Part shown: positions 19,078 through 28,793 of the stretch, piece by piece
Layout of the letters: the number at the start of each line of letters is the position of its first letter
Numbering within the stretch: the stretch's first letter is position 1
Source: Bacteroidota bacterium
GTDB taxonomy: Bacteria; Bacteroidota; Bacteroidia; Chitinophagales; Chitinophagaceae
Direction: 5' to 3'
Length of the DNA stretch: 34,241 nt
Assembly: GCA_947460795.1 (NCBI GenBank)
Contig: CANHJA010000001.1
Location: 1 to 34,241 of the forward strand
The notes under the pieces: model-generated
Databases searched by the model: none
Told to the model about the DNA's origin: nothing
Seen by the model: the letters and a program-made list of their open reading frames with translations, nothing else
Program-made: the position numbers and the translations under genes

Positions 19078-20511
19078 TTATTTTTTAATTTTTAAAAACG
19101 TTCGTAATTTTTCTATCATTTTTACATAAGATTCTTTGCTCATTAATGGAGAATCATTATTGGCTTTGATGGTTAAAAATATACCGATCATTGCTAAAAT
19201 TACGGATGGAAACCACATGCCCAATGGGACAGAAACCACGTTTTCTTTAGCGATATTTTCTCCTATGGTATTCATGAAATAATATATAATAAAAAAAGTA
19301 ATCGCTATAATAAAAGGCATTCCTAAGCCCCCTTTACGAATGATAGAGCCTAATGCAGCGCCAATTATAAAAAGCAAAATACATGCTGTTGGTAAGGTAA
19401 ATCGTTTGTGAATGGCAATGCTGTGTTCCGTTAAATTGATGTAATGAATTTTAATATTTTGTTTATTTACTTCCAGCATGCTTTTTATACTTCTTGCCGA
19501 AACTTCTGCTGAGGTTAATACTCGTCCGAATAAACTGTCAGGTATTCTCTTGTAAAAAGAATCTTTATTATTGATAGAAGTTTTTGCAAATTTATTTTTT
19601 GTGTTTTTTGATGTATCATTTCTGGCTACATAAATGGCTGGGTAAAAGAGTTCTTTGGTTGAATTGGAGAGCCTAGCAATATTCATTTTTGTGGTATCAA
19701 TTTGTTCTGAAATTTGCTCAAATGTCATCACATCCCTCATGTTTTTAAAATAATTTTCATCTGTTTTAGGCATTTTAAAATCAGATAAATCAAAAACTTT
19801 TTTCCAGTATTTAAATCCTAACCGAATTTGTTCATGTTCGTCTATATTTTTAGGTGTTTTTTCTTCGTATCTCCATCCATCTTCGAGTTCAAATATTAAA
19901 TAACGCTTGTCATCAGACACATATATTTTTCCTTTTTTAGCAATAATTACTTTATCGTTTCCTCGTCCAGATGTGTGATCGTATATTTTAATATCGTGCA
20001 CCGTTTTATCGTCTGCATCTTTTTTAGAAATGTAAATGGTATGATTTGGAATATCTTTATAAAAAGTGCCAGCTTTAATAGCCACTACTGGTTTTTTATT
20101 TTGTATATCGTAAAGTAATCGTGTTGCTTTTAATTGAGCTCTCGGAATAACATAATTATTAAAGGCAAAAGATCCAACAGATATCATAATAATAAACACC
20201 AACAATGGTTTTGAAAACTTGGCCATTGAAATGCCTGCAGACTTTACGGCTGTTAATTCAGATGTTTCCCCTAAATTTCCATAGGTCATAATGGCTGCAA
20301 ACAATATACCTAAAGGCAGTGCAATAGGAACTAGGGTGGTAGAAAGCAATCCTAAAAATTGCATAATAGTGAGTACATCCAATCCTTTACCTATGAATTC
20401 ATCAATCCAAACCCACATAAATTGCATCACAAAAATAAACCATGTAACCATAAAGGCTCCTAAAAAAGGAGGTATAAATGATTTAATTAAAAATTTATGG
20501 AGTGCTTTCAA
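19078..20511 (-). CDS. LptF/LptG-family LPS export permease
   Basis: 477 aa. It has the typical YjgP/YjgQ N-terminus (LIKSFIPPFLGAFMVTWFIFVMQF), three TM helices, a large periplasmic beta-jellyroll-sized insert and three more TM helices. Confidence 0.85.
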   Translation of the reverse strand: MKALHKFLIKSFIPPFLGAFMVTWFIFVMQFMWVWIDEFIGKGLDVLTIMQFLGLLSTTLVPIALPLGILFAAIMTYGNLGETSELTAVKSAGISMAKFSKPLLVFIIMISVGSFAFNNYVIPRAQLKATRLLYDIQNKKPVVAIKAGTFYKDIPNHTIYISKKDADDKTVHDIKIYDHTSGRGNDKVIIAKKGKIYVSDDKRYLIFELEDGWRYEEKTPKNIDEHEQIRLGFKYWKKVFDLSDFKMPKTDENYFKNMRDVMTFEQISEQIDTTKMNIARLSNSTKELFYPAIYVARNDTSKNTKNKFAKTSINNKDSFYKRIPDSLFGRVLTSAEVSARSIKSMLEVNKQNIKIHYINLTEHSIAIHKRFTLPTACILLFIIGAALGSIIRKGGLGMPFIIAITFFIIYYFMNTIGENIAKENVVSVPLGMWFPSVILAMIGIFLTIKANNDSPLMSKESYVKMIEKLRTFLKIKK

Positions 20512-20656
20512 TTATCTTTATTAAGTGTATGAGCAAATTTAGTTTTTACAAAACAGAAATTAGTTAAAGAATGCAAAAAGATTTAAAATAAATTTTAGAA
20601 TTGTAAAATGTCATTTAAAAAGTTTGTTGATTTACTGAGTAAATAAATAATTTCAT

Positions 20657-20685
20657 AAAAAAAACCAATTGAAAGTACAACTGGT
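20657..20685 (-). terminator. Rho-independent terminator of the START-like gene
   Basis: An 8-bp stem forms between 20664-20671 and 20678-20685 around a 6-nt loop. Its single imperfect position is a G-U pair on the minus-strand RNA. A U8 run follows on that strand (plus-strand A8 at 20657-20664). It lies 30 nt past the stop. Confidence 0.65.
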
Positions 20686-20714
20686 TTTCTTATTGATAAA
20701 TATTTATTATATTA

Positions 20715-21095
20715 TTAACTCCCTACACGATGCATTAAATCATGAATTTGTGCATCCCAAAGTAATTGTTGGTCTGCCACTTCATTTTTTTCTGCAAAAT
20801 CTGTGATTGTTAAAATCGTTTCATTTGTTACTGGGCTTTTTTCAATTCTGAATTCAAAATATTCATCTTCTTCCATCCAATCCCATTTAAATACTACATA
20901 TTCGTTTTCTTCAGCTGCAATCAGTTCTGCGTATTCTTCACTTCCTTTCCATGAAAACACAAATTTAGTTTCGCGTTGTTTCACTTTTTCAGCAAACCAT
21001 TCTCCTAATCCTGCAGGAGTAATAAGAAATTCGTATAAAATTGTTGGGGAACATCTTATAGAATATTCTTTGTTATATTTAATTCTTTTAGCCAT
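20715..21095 (-). CDS. START-like / SRPBCC (AHSA1-type) domain protein
   Basis: 126 aa, acidic, with a beta-rich pattern (SIRCSPTILYEFLITPAGLGEWFA ... VVFKW ... FEFRIE). The family call is from memory and only moderately secure. Confidence 0.6.
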   Translation of the reverse strand: MAKRIKYNKEYSIRCSPTILYEFLITPAGLGEWFAEKVKQRETKFVFSWKGSEEYAELIAAEENEYVVFKWDWMEEDEYFEFRIEKSPVTNETILTITDFAEKNEVADQQLLWDAQIHDLMHRVGS

Positions 21096-21188
21096 GATTA
21101 CTTTATGGATACAATAATAACATAATTATTGAACTAACAAAATTATTTTTTAATTATTTTATAATTTATTTACACACCAAAAAAACAT

Positions 21189-21219
21189 TTTGCTTTTAAA
21201 TTCATTAACAATACATTTG
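21189..21219 (+). promoter_or_regulatory. sigma-A promoter of rpoD
   Basis: TTTG (21189-21192), exactly 19 nt, then TACATTTG (21212-21219) is a perfect match to the Bacteroidota -33/-7 consensus. It lies about 77 nt upstream of the ATG. Confidence 0.75.
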
Positions 21220-21295
21220 CGAATCATTGGTCACTTACTGCCATTTAATTATTTCTTAACAAATAAATTATTATTAACGAAAAATTTTATACATT

Positions 21296-22171
21296 ATGTC
21301 AATGCGCCAGCTAAAAATTACTAAGTCTATCACGAATCGTGAAAGCCAGTCGTTGGAGAAATATTTACAAGAAATTGGAAAAGTAGATCTAATTACCCCT
21401 GAAGAAGAAGTTATTTTAGCTATTAAAATTAAACAAGGTTGTGCTAAAAGTTTAGATAAGTTAACCAAAGCCAATTTGCGTTTTGTGGTTTCTGTTTCTA
21501 AACAATATCAAAATCAGGGTTTGTCTTTAAGCGATTTAATAAATGAAGGAAATTTAGGATTGATAAAAGCTGCCCAACGTTTTGATGAAACAAGGGGTTT
21601 TAAATTTATTTCCTATGCTGTTTGGTGGATTCGTCAATCTATTTTGCAAGCCCTTGCTGAACAAAGTAGAATTGTTCGTTTGCCATTAAATAAAGTTGGA
21701 CTTACGAATAAAATTAACAAAGCCTACTCTCAATTGGAACAAGAGTTTGAAAGAGAACCTTCTCCAGAAGAATTGGCAATTGTATTAGAAATGAATGCAG
21801 AGGAAGTGAGAAATACCATGAGTTCATCTACTCGACATGTAAGTATGGATGCTCCTTTTGCCAATGGCGAAGAAAATACATTGCTTGATATATTAAACAA
21901 TCCAAACTCCGAAAGTGCTGATTTAGCTATTGATCATGATGAATCTTTAAGAGATGAAATAGATCGTTCCTTAAGTACATTAACCGATAGGCAAAAAGAT
22001 GTTTTGAAATATTTTTTCGGGATAGGATTAGATAATCCGATGAGTTTAGAAGATATAGGTGAACAATTTGGATTAACTCGTGAGCGAGTTCGTCAAATCA
22101 AAGACAAAGCCATCACGAAGCTTCGTTCAACTTCTCGAAGTAAATTGTTAAAAAACTATTTAGGCAATTAA
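21296..22171 (+). CDS. rpoD: RNA polymerase primary sigma factor (Bacteroidota short RpoD)
   Basis: 291 aa with region 2 [10 protein letters not shown] and region 4.2 [14 protein letters not shown]. It lacks the long region 1.1, as is typical for this phylum. Confidence 0.95.
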   Translation: MSMRQLKITKSITNRESQSLEKYLQEIGKVDLITPEEEVILAIKIKQGCAKSLDKLTKANLRFVVSVSKQYQNQGLSLSDLINEGNLGLIKAAQRFDETRGFKFISYAVWWIRQSILQALAEQSRIVRLPLNKVGLTNKINKAYSQLEQEFEREPSPEELAIVLEMNAEEVRNTMSSSTRHVSMDAPFANGEENTLLDILNNPNSESADLAIDHDESLRDEIDRSLSTLTDRQKDVLKYFFGIGLDNPMSLEDIGEQFGLTRERVRQIKDKAITKLRSTSRSKLLKNYLGN

Positions 22172-22187
22172 ATTTAAAGAGATAAAT

Positions 22188-22219
22188 AAAAAAGGTGCAA
22201 AATTATTTGCACCTTTTTT
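22188..22219. terminator. bidirectional Rho-independent terminator (rpoD and the J-KTSC gene)
   Basis: The stem GGTGCAAA (22194-22201) pairs with TTTGCACC (22206-22213) around a 4-nt loop. It is flanked by A6 upstream and T6 downstream, so it works on both strands between the convergent genes. Confidence 0.85.
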
Positions 22220-22236
22220 AATTTAACGAATATGTT

Positions 22237-22680
22237 TTAAACATTTGATTTACTGATATTTCTGTAAGGAAATGAATTGAAAATATGACGTTTTGCAAAT
22301 CTTCCAACCGTTGGAGAGTTTACCATTTTGATGTAAGTATTTTTAGGAACACCATAATATTCATATACTATACCTTCTTGAAAAGTAATTTTTAAAGTTG
22401 TGCCACTGTGAACAAAATCATCCATAAACATAGAATTGGTGATCTTAGTGTATTCTTCCATATTCGCAGCATGCGTTTCAGGATGAATGCCAACTAAACA
22501 ATGGTACGCTTCAATAATTTTTTGACTCTTCAAATCCGCTTCGGCTTTTTTTACTTCGTCGTCAGCAAATTTATCTGGATGCCATTCTTTAATTAAGTTT
22601 CTGTATTTTACTTTTAAATCGGCTAATGTTGTTGCTGGTGTTGCTTCAAACATTTTTTTATAACTAATAATCTTGTGCAT
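22237..22680 (-). CDS. J-domain (DnaJ-like) protein with a C-terminal KTSC domain
   Basis: 147 aa. The J-domain core is LKVKYRNLIKEWHPDKF with the HPD tripeptide. The C-terminal TLKITFQEGIVYEYYGVPKNTYIKMVNSPTVGRFAKRHI matches the KTSC pattern. Confidence 0.75.
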   Translation of the reverse strand: MHKIISYKKMFEATPATTLADLKVKYRNLIKEWHPDKFADDEVKKAEADLKSQKIIEAYHCLVGIHPETHAANMEEYTKITNSMFMDDFVHSGTTLKITFQEGIVYEYYGVPKNTYIKMVNSPTVGRFAKRHIFNSFPYRNISKSNV

Positions 22681-22707
22681 AATTAATCTTGATGAATTTT
22701 AAGTTGG

Positions 22708-22739
22708 CAAACTTATTGTTTTACATTCATTATTACAAT
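22708..22739 (-). promoter_or_regulatory. candidate sigma-A promoter of the J-KTSC gene
   Basis: The minus strand reads ATTG (22739-22736), 20 nt, then TAAGTTTG (22715-22708). The -7 box is exact and ends 28 nt upstream of the ATG at 22680. Confidence 0.55.
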
Positions 22740-22873
22740 AAAACACCACTTCATTAGGAATTAATTATTAAATGATTCCTTTTTTATTTACCTTGTTTAT
22801 AAATTAATCTACCTAAAATTAATGATAAGATGATATTAAAGTAATATTTTCACAATATAAATTATTAAAAAAG

Positions 22874-24559
22874 ATGTTCAAAAAAATATTGACTTTAAGT
22901 GTAGCTTTATTGTTAGTTACAATTGTTATGAAAGCGCAACAATGGAATGGCTACTTTTTAACCTCAGCAAAAAACTCTACTTCAGCTACATTATATGATA
23001 CCTCATGGAATGTACATAAAACTTGGACTGGTTTAACAGGCTCTACAGGATACTCATCTTATTTAATGCCAGGTGGATATTTATGGAGAGCTGCTAAAGC
23101 TTCTTCAGGATTGCCTATGGGTGCTCCTGGTGGACCAATTTGTGGAAGAATTACAAAGCATGCTTACAATGGAACTTTACTTTGGGATTATAGTATCACC
23201 GGTACTGATTTCGTTTCTCATCATGACATAAGACCATTGCCAAATGGAAACGTATTGGCAATCGTTTATGAGAAAAAAACAGCTGCACAAGTTGCGGCAG
23301 TTGGTGGTACATTAACTACAACAATGTGGCCCGATAAAATTATTGAAATTAAACAAACTGGGTTAAATACAGGAACTGTTGTTTGGGAATGGCATGCATG
23401 GGATCATTTAATGCAAAATACAAATTCTGCTTTGCCAAATTATGTAAGTTCTTTGTCTGCACATCCAGAACTATTAAATATCAATGCCAATTCTACATCT
23501 GATTGGTTGCATACCAATGGAGTAGATTATAACCCGATGTTAGATCAAATATCTTGGAGTTCTCATAATCAACATGAGTGGTATATTATAGATCACAGTA
23601 CAACCTCAGCTGAAGCTGCTTCACATACTGGTGGAAATTCAGGTAAAGGTGGCGATATATTGTATCGTTGGGGGAATCCTCAAAACTATGGAGCAGGAAA
23701 CGCTTCTAATAAAATTTTAAATGTTACCCATGATGCGCATTGGGCAGATGAATTTTCTACTGTTCCAGGTCGTTTATGTGGTTATAACAATGCTGGAGTT
23801 TCAAATAATCAATCTTCTGCAGACCAAATAGTTACTCCAATCAGTGGATACAATTATACCATCACATCTGGCTCGGCTTATTTGCCTACAACCTATAATC
23901 ATAGGAATACCGTGAGTGGTATGTATAGTAGCAATGAAGGTGGAACACAACAATTGCCAAATGGAAATGAATTAGTAGCCTCGCCTGTAACCAATATGAT
24001 CAGAGAATTTAACGCAGCAGGTGCAGTTGTATTCAGTCATTCAGCTTCTGCTTCTAAAACAAAAAAATACAGTGCATGTTTTATAAATAATGAGCCACCA
24101 GCTATTCCTACTATTACGGCCAATGGAAATGTATTGTCTTCTTCTCCAGCAAACGAATACCAATGGTATATGAACGGACAAAAAATTGCAGGTGCTACGA
24201 GTCAAACATACACTGCAACACAAGCAGGTAACTACCTTGTTCGCATTACCGATGCAAATGGTTGTGTATATCAATATTCATCTGCTTATGTTCAATTTCC
24301 TTTAGGAATGATTGATGTTAATTTCAATGATAAATTGAATGTGTATCCTAATCCTACAGCTGGTATTGTGCACATTAAAGAAGCTAGTTTATTTGGAAAA
24401 CAATACAGTATTCAAGTAATTAATAACCTAGGAACTTTAGTGAAAACATTTTACAATGCAGAAACAATCGACATTTCATCTTTGGCGAATGGAAACTATT
24501 TTATTCGTTTAATAAGCAATGAAGGAACGGCAACCAAACAAATTTCTTTAAATAAATAA
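22874..24559 (+). CDS. secreted arylsulfotransferase (ASST)-like beta-propeller protein with a T9SS C-terminal sorting domain
   Basis: 561 aa with a signal peptide (MFKKILTLSVALLLVTIVMKAQQ). His-rich propeller blocks are SHHDIRPLPNGNVL, DWLHTNGVDYNP, HEWYIIDHSTT and THDAHW. An Ig-like module (YQWYMNGQKIAGATSQTY...GCVY) and the CTD (LNVYPNPTAGIVHIKE...) follow. Confidence 0.7.
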   Translation: MFKKILTLSVALLLVTIVMKAQQWNGYFLTSAKNSTSATLYDTSWNVHKTWTGLTGSTGYSSYLMPGGYLWRAAKASSGLPMGAPGGPICGRITKHAYNGTLLWDYSITGTDFVSHHDIRPLPNGNVLAIVYEKKTAAQVAAVGGTLTTTMWPDKIIEIKQTGLNTGTVVWEWHAWDHLMQNTNSALPNYVSSLSAHPELLNINANSTSDWLHTNGVDYNPMLDQISWSSHNQHEWYIIDHSTTSAEAASHTGGNSGKGGDILYRWGNPQNYGAGNASNKILNVTHDAHWADEFSTVPGRLCGYNNAGVSNNQSSADQIVTPISGYNYTITSGSAYLPTTYNHRNTVSGMYSSNEGGTQQLPNGNELVASPVTNMIREFNAAGAVVFSHSASASKTKKYSACFINNEPPAIPTITANGNVLSSSPANEYQWYMNGQKIAGATSQTYTATQAGNYLVRITDANGCVYQYSSAYVQFPLGMIDVNFNDKLNVYPNPTAGIVHIKEASLFGKQYSIQVINNLGTLVKTFYNAETIDISSLANGNYFIRLISNEGTATKQISLNK

Positions 24560-24569
24560 ATTAAAAAGT

Positions 24570-25562
24570 ATGTTCAAAAAAATAATTTCTGCAATTTTAT
24601 TCTTGGTCATTTTTTCACCCATTGCAAACGCTACATATGTTCGTTTTGCAGTAAATATGAAAGGTTCTGGAATGATTAGTTCCAACGATGCCTACATGAC
24701 TTCTACTTTTCAAGATGAAATAGGAATGGGCGGAGATTTAACTCATGGCTATTTGCATTTAATACAAAGCACCACTGATACAAATATTTATTACGCAACA
24801 TTTAATATACCTGCGAATCAACTATTTGAATATCAATTTGAAATGGGAATTACTGGATATGATTTAGAAAACATTCCGATTGAGTCTCAAAGTTTAGCGA
24901 ATGGATACAGGTGGTTATATGTAGATTCTATGATCAATGACACATTAAATATGCCAGCTGTTTTTTATAGTGGAAACAATACAGCAACAGATACGATGTA
25001 TCGTTTCAAAGTAAATATGTCTAATGAAATTGTAACTGCCAACGATGTTCGAATTGGTGGCTCATTTCAATCTACTTTAGCTAAAATGTATAGTTTTGGA
25101 AATGGTATTTATGAATACATGGCTTGGTTAACTCCTAATTCAGCAGTTACTTACAAATATTTTAATGGCAATAATACAAATCCAGAAACCGTGCCCAACA
25201 GTTGTACTTCAACTGGAAATAGAGAGATTAACAGTGTTACCAATGCTCAAATTTTACCTACGGTTTGTTTTAGCAGTTGTGTAAATTGTGTTCCATTATA
25301 TACAACCAATGTCAATAAAAATAATGGCATTACATTGTCTCCCAATCCGATGTCTACCAATGCTGTTATTACATTCAACGATCAAGCATTATCTCATTCA
25401 ATATCAATAATAGATATTTATGGTAGAACGATCAAACAATTCAAAAATATCTCAACACAGTCATTTTCTATCAATAAAGAACTGATGCATGCGGCATGCT
25501 ATTTATTACAAATTGTAAATGATAAAAATGAGCAAACCACATTGAAATTAATCGTAGAATAA
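24570..25562 (+). CDS. secreted T9SS cargo protein with two tandem beta-sandwich (CBM20-like?) modules
   Basis: 330 aa with a signal peptide. An internal duplication is visible (YVRFAVNMKGSG...FEYQFEMG and YRFKVNMSNE...VTYKYFNGNN). The T9SS CTD is ITLSPNPMSTNAVITF...LKLIVE. The CBM assignment is tentative. Confidence 0.65.
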   Translation: MFKKIISAILFLVIFSPIANATYVRFAVNMKGSGMISSNDAYMTSTFQDEIGMGGDLTHGYLHLIQSTTDTNIYYATFNIPANQLFEYQFEMGITGYDLENIPIESQSLANGYRWLYVDSMINDTLNMPAVFYSGNNTATDTMYRFKVNMSNEIVTANDVRIGGSFQSTLAKMYSFGNGIYEYMAWLTPNSAVTYKYFNGNNTNPETVPNSCTSTGNREINSVTNAQILPTVCFSSCVNCVPLYTTNVNKNNGITLSPNPMSTNAVITFNDQALSHSISIIDIYGRTIKQFKNISTQSFSINKELMHAACYLLQIVNDKNEQTTLKLIVE

Positions 25563-25578
25563 TTTTTTAATAACAGTT

Positions 25579-25620
25579 AGAGAACACTGAATGAATCACA
25601 TTTTTTGGTGTTCTTTTTTA
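25579..25620 (+). terminator. possible attenuating hairpin/terminator between T9SS cargo genes
   Basis: The stem AGAACAC (25581-25587) pairs with GTGTTCT (25608-25614), followed by T5. The loop is long (20 nt), so the call is weak. The track's TTG start for the next ORF (25605) lies inside this hairpin. Confidence 0.4.
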
Positions 25621-25634
25621 ATTTTACAAACAAC

Positions 25635-27899
25635 ATGAAACCGCAACATTTTTTAATCTTATTATTCAGTTTGTTTTTTTCGACAGCAAAATCTCAAACC
25701 TTCTATGATATTAATGTCGTTCAAGATATTGAAATCAGTTTCCCTCAATCTAATTGGGATTCTATCATGGATGTAAATAAAAGTACAACCGAAGATTATT
25801 TAATGGCAAACTGGGTTAAAATCAATGGGGTTCAATATGACAGTGTAGGAGTGCGCTTCAAAGGGAATAGTTCATATAATGCGAACAGCAGTAAAAATCC
25901 ATTAAACATTTCATTGGATGAATTTAAAAAACAAAATTACGAGGGATTTGAATCCATAAAACTCAGCAATGGGTATGGCGATCCTTCATTTATTAGAGAA
26001 GTATTGGGCTACGGAATTTTACAAAAATACATGCATTGTCCTAAAGCTAATTTCGCAAAGGTTACCATCAATGGTATGTATTATGGTGTTTTTACCAATG
26101 ATGAAAGCATCGATAAAAAGTTTATTGCCGATCATTTTTATAGCAACGATCAATGCTTTATTAAATGTTCTTCCTCATTGTCGCCATCAGCGGCCTCTAA
26201 AAATAGTTTAAAATATATCAATGCCAATAGTGCCAGTTATTCTTCTACATATGATATGAAATCGGATACAGGTTGGAATGCTTTTATTAATTTATGCGAT
26301 GTAGTAACGAACAATACAACTGAGTTGCCTTCAAAATTAGATATGGACAGAGCCATTTGGATGTTGGCTTTCAATAACTTATTTGTAAACTTAGATAGTT
26401 ACAGTGGAGTATATGCCCAAAATCACTATGTGTACCAAGATCATACCAATCATTTTAATCCAATTGTTTGGGATTTAAATATGTGTTTTGGAGCATTCCC
26501 TTTTGCCGGACAAGGAACAATTGGCATCGGACAAAAAACACTCACCGAGTTAAAAGAATATTCGCCATTTGCACACGCAACCGATATTGCTTGGCCTCTA
26601 ATAAATGATGTATTGGCAGATACTACTATGAAAAGAAAGTATTTAGCCCATTTAAAAACGATGCTTTCAGAAAATATCATTAATGGAAATTATCTAAATG
26701 ATGCAATGCAATATCAATCTATTGCAGACAATGCATTGATTGCAGATTCTAATAAATTATTTACGTATCAGCAATTTCAAAATGGACTTAATACCGATGT
26801 CATTTTTGGTAACTTTACGGTTCCAGGAATTGCTAATTTATTAGAAGCCCGTAAAATATATTTACAAACGATTCCTGAATTAACGGCTACAGAACCTACA
26901 ATCAATACTCCCGTTTTTAGCAATGCATCACCTGCTATAAATGCCAATGTCAACGTAGCAGTTACAATAATGAATGCCAATACTTCAAGTGCCTATATTG
27001 GTTATCGATATGATGTGAAAGAAAAGTTTAGCAAGTTGCCATTGTTTGATGATGGAATGCACAATGATGGAAGTGCCAATGATGGGGTATATGGAAATGC
27101 CTTCACGATGACAGGCGCTGTTATGCAATATTATGTGTATGCTGAAAATTTATCGATCGGAAAATTTTTACCTGCAAGAGCAGAGCATGAATTTTTATCA
27201 TTGAATGCTATTACTACAGTTCCTCAAATAGGGGATGTTGTCCTCAACGAATTTTTAGCACAAAATGATCATTGGAATCTTGATGAATACAGTGATCGAG
27301 AGGACTGGATTGAATTATATAATAAAACAAATTCAGTATTGGATTTGAGTAATGTATATCTATCAAACAAGGCCAATACAATTTCTAAATGGAAGTTGCC
27401 AGCAGGTACCACAATAATGCCCAATGGTTATTTAACTATTTTCGCAGATGACGATTCATTGGAACAAATCTTTCATACCAATTTTAATTTAAGTAAAGAC
27501 TCTGGAACAATAATTCTCAGCAATGGAAATGTTATTTTAGATTCCGTAAATTATTACACGCAATTAAGCGACACTTCTTGGGGGCGTTTGCCCAATGGTA
27601 CTGGAAATTTTACGTATTTAATTCCTACCTACGGGTATGAAAATAATCATTTCCCATTGGCTAGCAGTTCAATTTTTTCTCCTAAAACAAACTTTGTACT
27701 TTATCCAAATCCTGCCAATAACTCAGTGACTGTAACATACAATGGAAGAAAAAAAGTAACTGTTTTAAATATTTTGGGACAACCAATCTATACAGGAAGT
27801 GCCAACAACAGCTTGCAAATAAATACGACCAATTGGATAGGAGGGATGTATTTTGTAACCTGTGGAAATGCAACTCAAAAACTGATGATCGTAAAGTAA
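25635..27899 (+). CDS. secreted CotH kinase-family protein with a lamin-tail domain (LTD) and a T9SS C-terminal sorting domain
   Basis: I moved the start to the ATG giving MKPQHFLILLFSLFFSTAKSQ, a signal peptide. CotH blocks are NPLNISLDEFKK, IREVLGYGILQKYM, AKVTINGMYYGVFTNDESIDKKF and VWDLNMCFG. The LTD block is VVLNEFLAQN...DWIELYN. The CTD is VLYPNPANNSVTVTY. Confidence 0.8.
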   Translation: MKPQHFLILLFSLFFSTAKSQTFYDINVVQDIEISFPQSNWDSIMDVNKSTTEDYLMANWVKINGVQYDSVGVRFKGNSSYNANSSKNPLNISLDEFKKQNYEGFESIKLSNGYGDPSFIREVLGYGILQKYMHCPKANFAKVTINGMYYGVFTNDESIDKKFIADHFYSNDQCFIKCSSSLSPSAASKNSLKYINANSASYSSTYDMKSDTGWNAFINLCDVVTNNTTELPSKLDMDRAIWMLAFNNLFVNLDSYSGVYAQNHYVYQDHTNHFNPIVWDLNMCFGAFPFAGQGTIGIGQKTLTELKEYSPFAHATDIAWPLINDVLADTTMKRKYLAHLKTMLSENIINGNYLNDAMQYQSIADNALIADSNKLFTYQQFQNGLNTDVIFGNFTVPGIANLLEARKIYLQTIPELTATEPTINTPVFSNASPAINANVNVAVTIMNANTSSAYIGYRYDVKEKFSKLPLFDDGMHNDGSANDGVYGNAFTMTGAVMQYYVYAENLSIGKFLPARAEHEFLSLNAITTVPQIGDVVLNEFLAQNDHWNLDEYSDREDWIELYNKTNSVLDLSNVYLSNKANTISKWKLPAGTTIMPNGYLTIFADDDSLEQIFHTNFNLSKDSGTIILSNGNVILDSVNYYTQLSDTSWGRLPNGTGNFTYLIPTYGYENNHFPLASSSIFSPKTNFVLYPNPANNSVTVTYNGRKKVTVLNILGQPIYTGSANNSLQINTTNWIGGMYFVTCGNATQKLMIVK

Positions 27900-28014
27900 A
27901 TACTTGTTTAATACAGCATTGTTAATCGCTATGAAATAAACCAAAGGCTAATTTTCAATGGTTTTGAAGTACAGGATAATTGCAAGGAACTATTTTAGTT
28001 AACCAGTTGTTTAT

Positions 28015-28683
28015 TTAATCCACTGTAATATGTAAACATCCATTCTTCTCAAATTTTACATAACATTTCTTCATATTATGCAATGAGTCAAGCGCTTGAA
28101 TAAAATTTTTACACTGCTTTTTATTTTCTCTAAATGCACGATAACTTATGTCAAAGGTTTTACCTTTTAAATGTGCACTTGTTTTAATTGCATTCTTATT
28201 TTTGCGCATTAATTTTCTAACTGACTCTAATGTTCTTGTAGTACTAGTTATTTCAAATGGAACATATGGAATTGAATCTTTTGAACAATTACACATGTAT
28301 AACTTTGAAAGTTCTTGAATGAAATCAAAACCTCTTGGCAAAATATAAGGCCTAGATGACTCAGATTCTCTAATGGTATAATAATTATTTGTCTTTAGTT
28401 CTAATAAAATTGAATCTTTTAGTAGGTTATCTAATTTATTAAAATCTTCTTGAGGCTCTATGCCTTGTTTGTTTGAATAGGCTTTTTCATGATCTGCCAC
28501 TAAATCATTAAATAAATTTGGACAATTAATACATTCTGCAGATTGAAAGCCACTGCTATTTTTATAATATCCAAAAATGGCTTTCATTTTTCGAATTATT
28601 TTTTTTCTAAAAGGAATTAAACAAATAATTACTACTAAAACAACAATTATAATTTTACCGATGTCTTTTTTTAATATTTTCAT
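28015..28683 (-). CDS. membrane-anchored LAS/M15-like (VanY-type fold, DUF5715-like) putative peptidoglycan peptidase
   Basis: 222 aa with an N-terminal signal anchor (IIIVVLVVIICLIPF). SAHLKGKTFD matches the SxHxxGxxxD metal-binding spacing of M15 peptidases, and a late His occurs in CLHITV. The family call is tentative. Confidence 0.55.
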   Translation of the reverse strand: MKILKKDIGKIIIVVLVVIICLIPFRKKIIRKMKAIFGYYKNSSGFQSAECINCPNLFNDLVADHEKAYSNKQGIEPQEDFNKLDNLLKDSILLELKTNNYYTIRESESSRPYILPRGFDFIQELSKLYMCNCSKDSIPYVPFEITSTTRTLESVRKLMRKNKNAIKTSAHLKGKTFDISYRAFRENKKQCKNFIQALDSLHNMKKCYVKFEKNGCLHITVD

Positions 28684-28793
28684 TTTTAGGTTCTAAATTT
28701 TGTAAAAGGTATTTTAGAATTGTTATCTAGTTTTATTGGGAGAAGTATTGTATTCACATAACATTTGAAAAAAGTATAAGTTATGTTAGCACT

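Noticed and set aside
15538-25634. The TTG-extended N-termini used by the ORF track for three genes (15538 PyrR-like, 17677 TPR protein, 25605 CotH protein).
   Set aside because: In each case a downstream ATG gives a family-typical N-terminus or a clean signal peptide. TTG 15538 lies inside an exact TAnnTTTG -7 box. TTG 25605 lies inside an intergenic hairpin.
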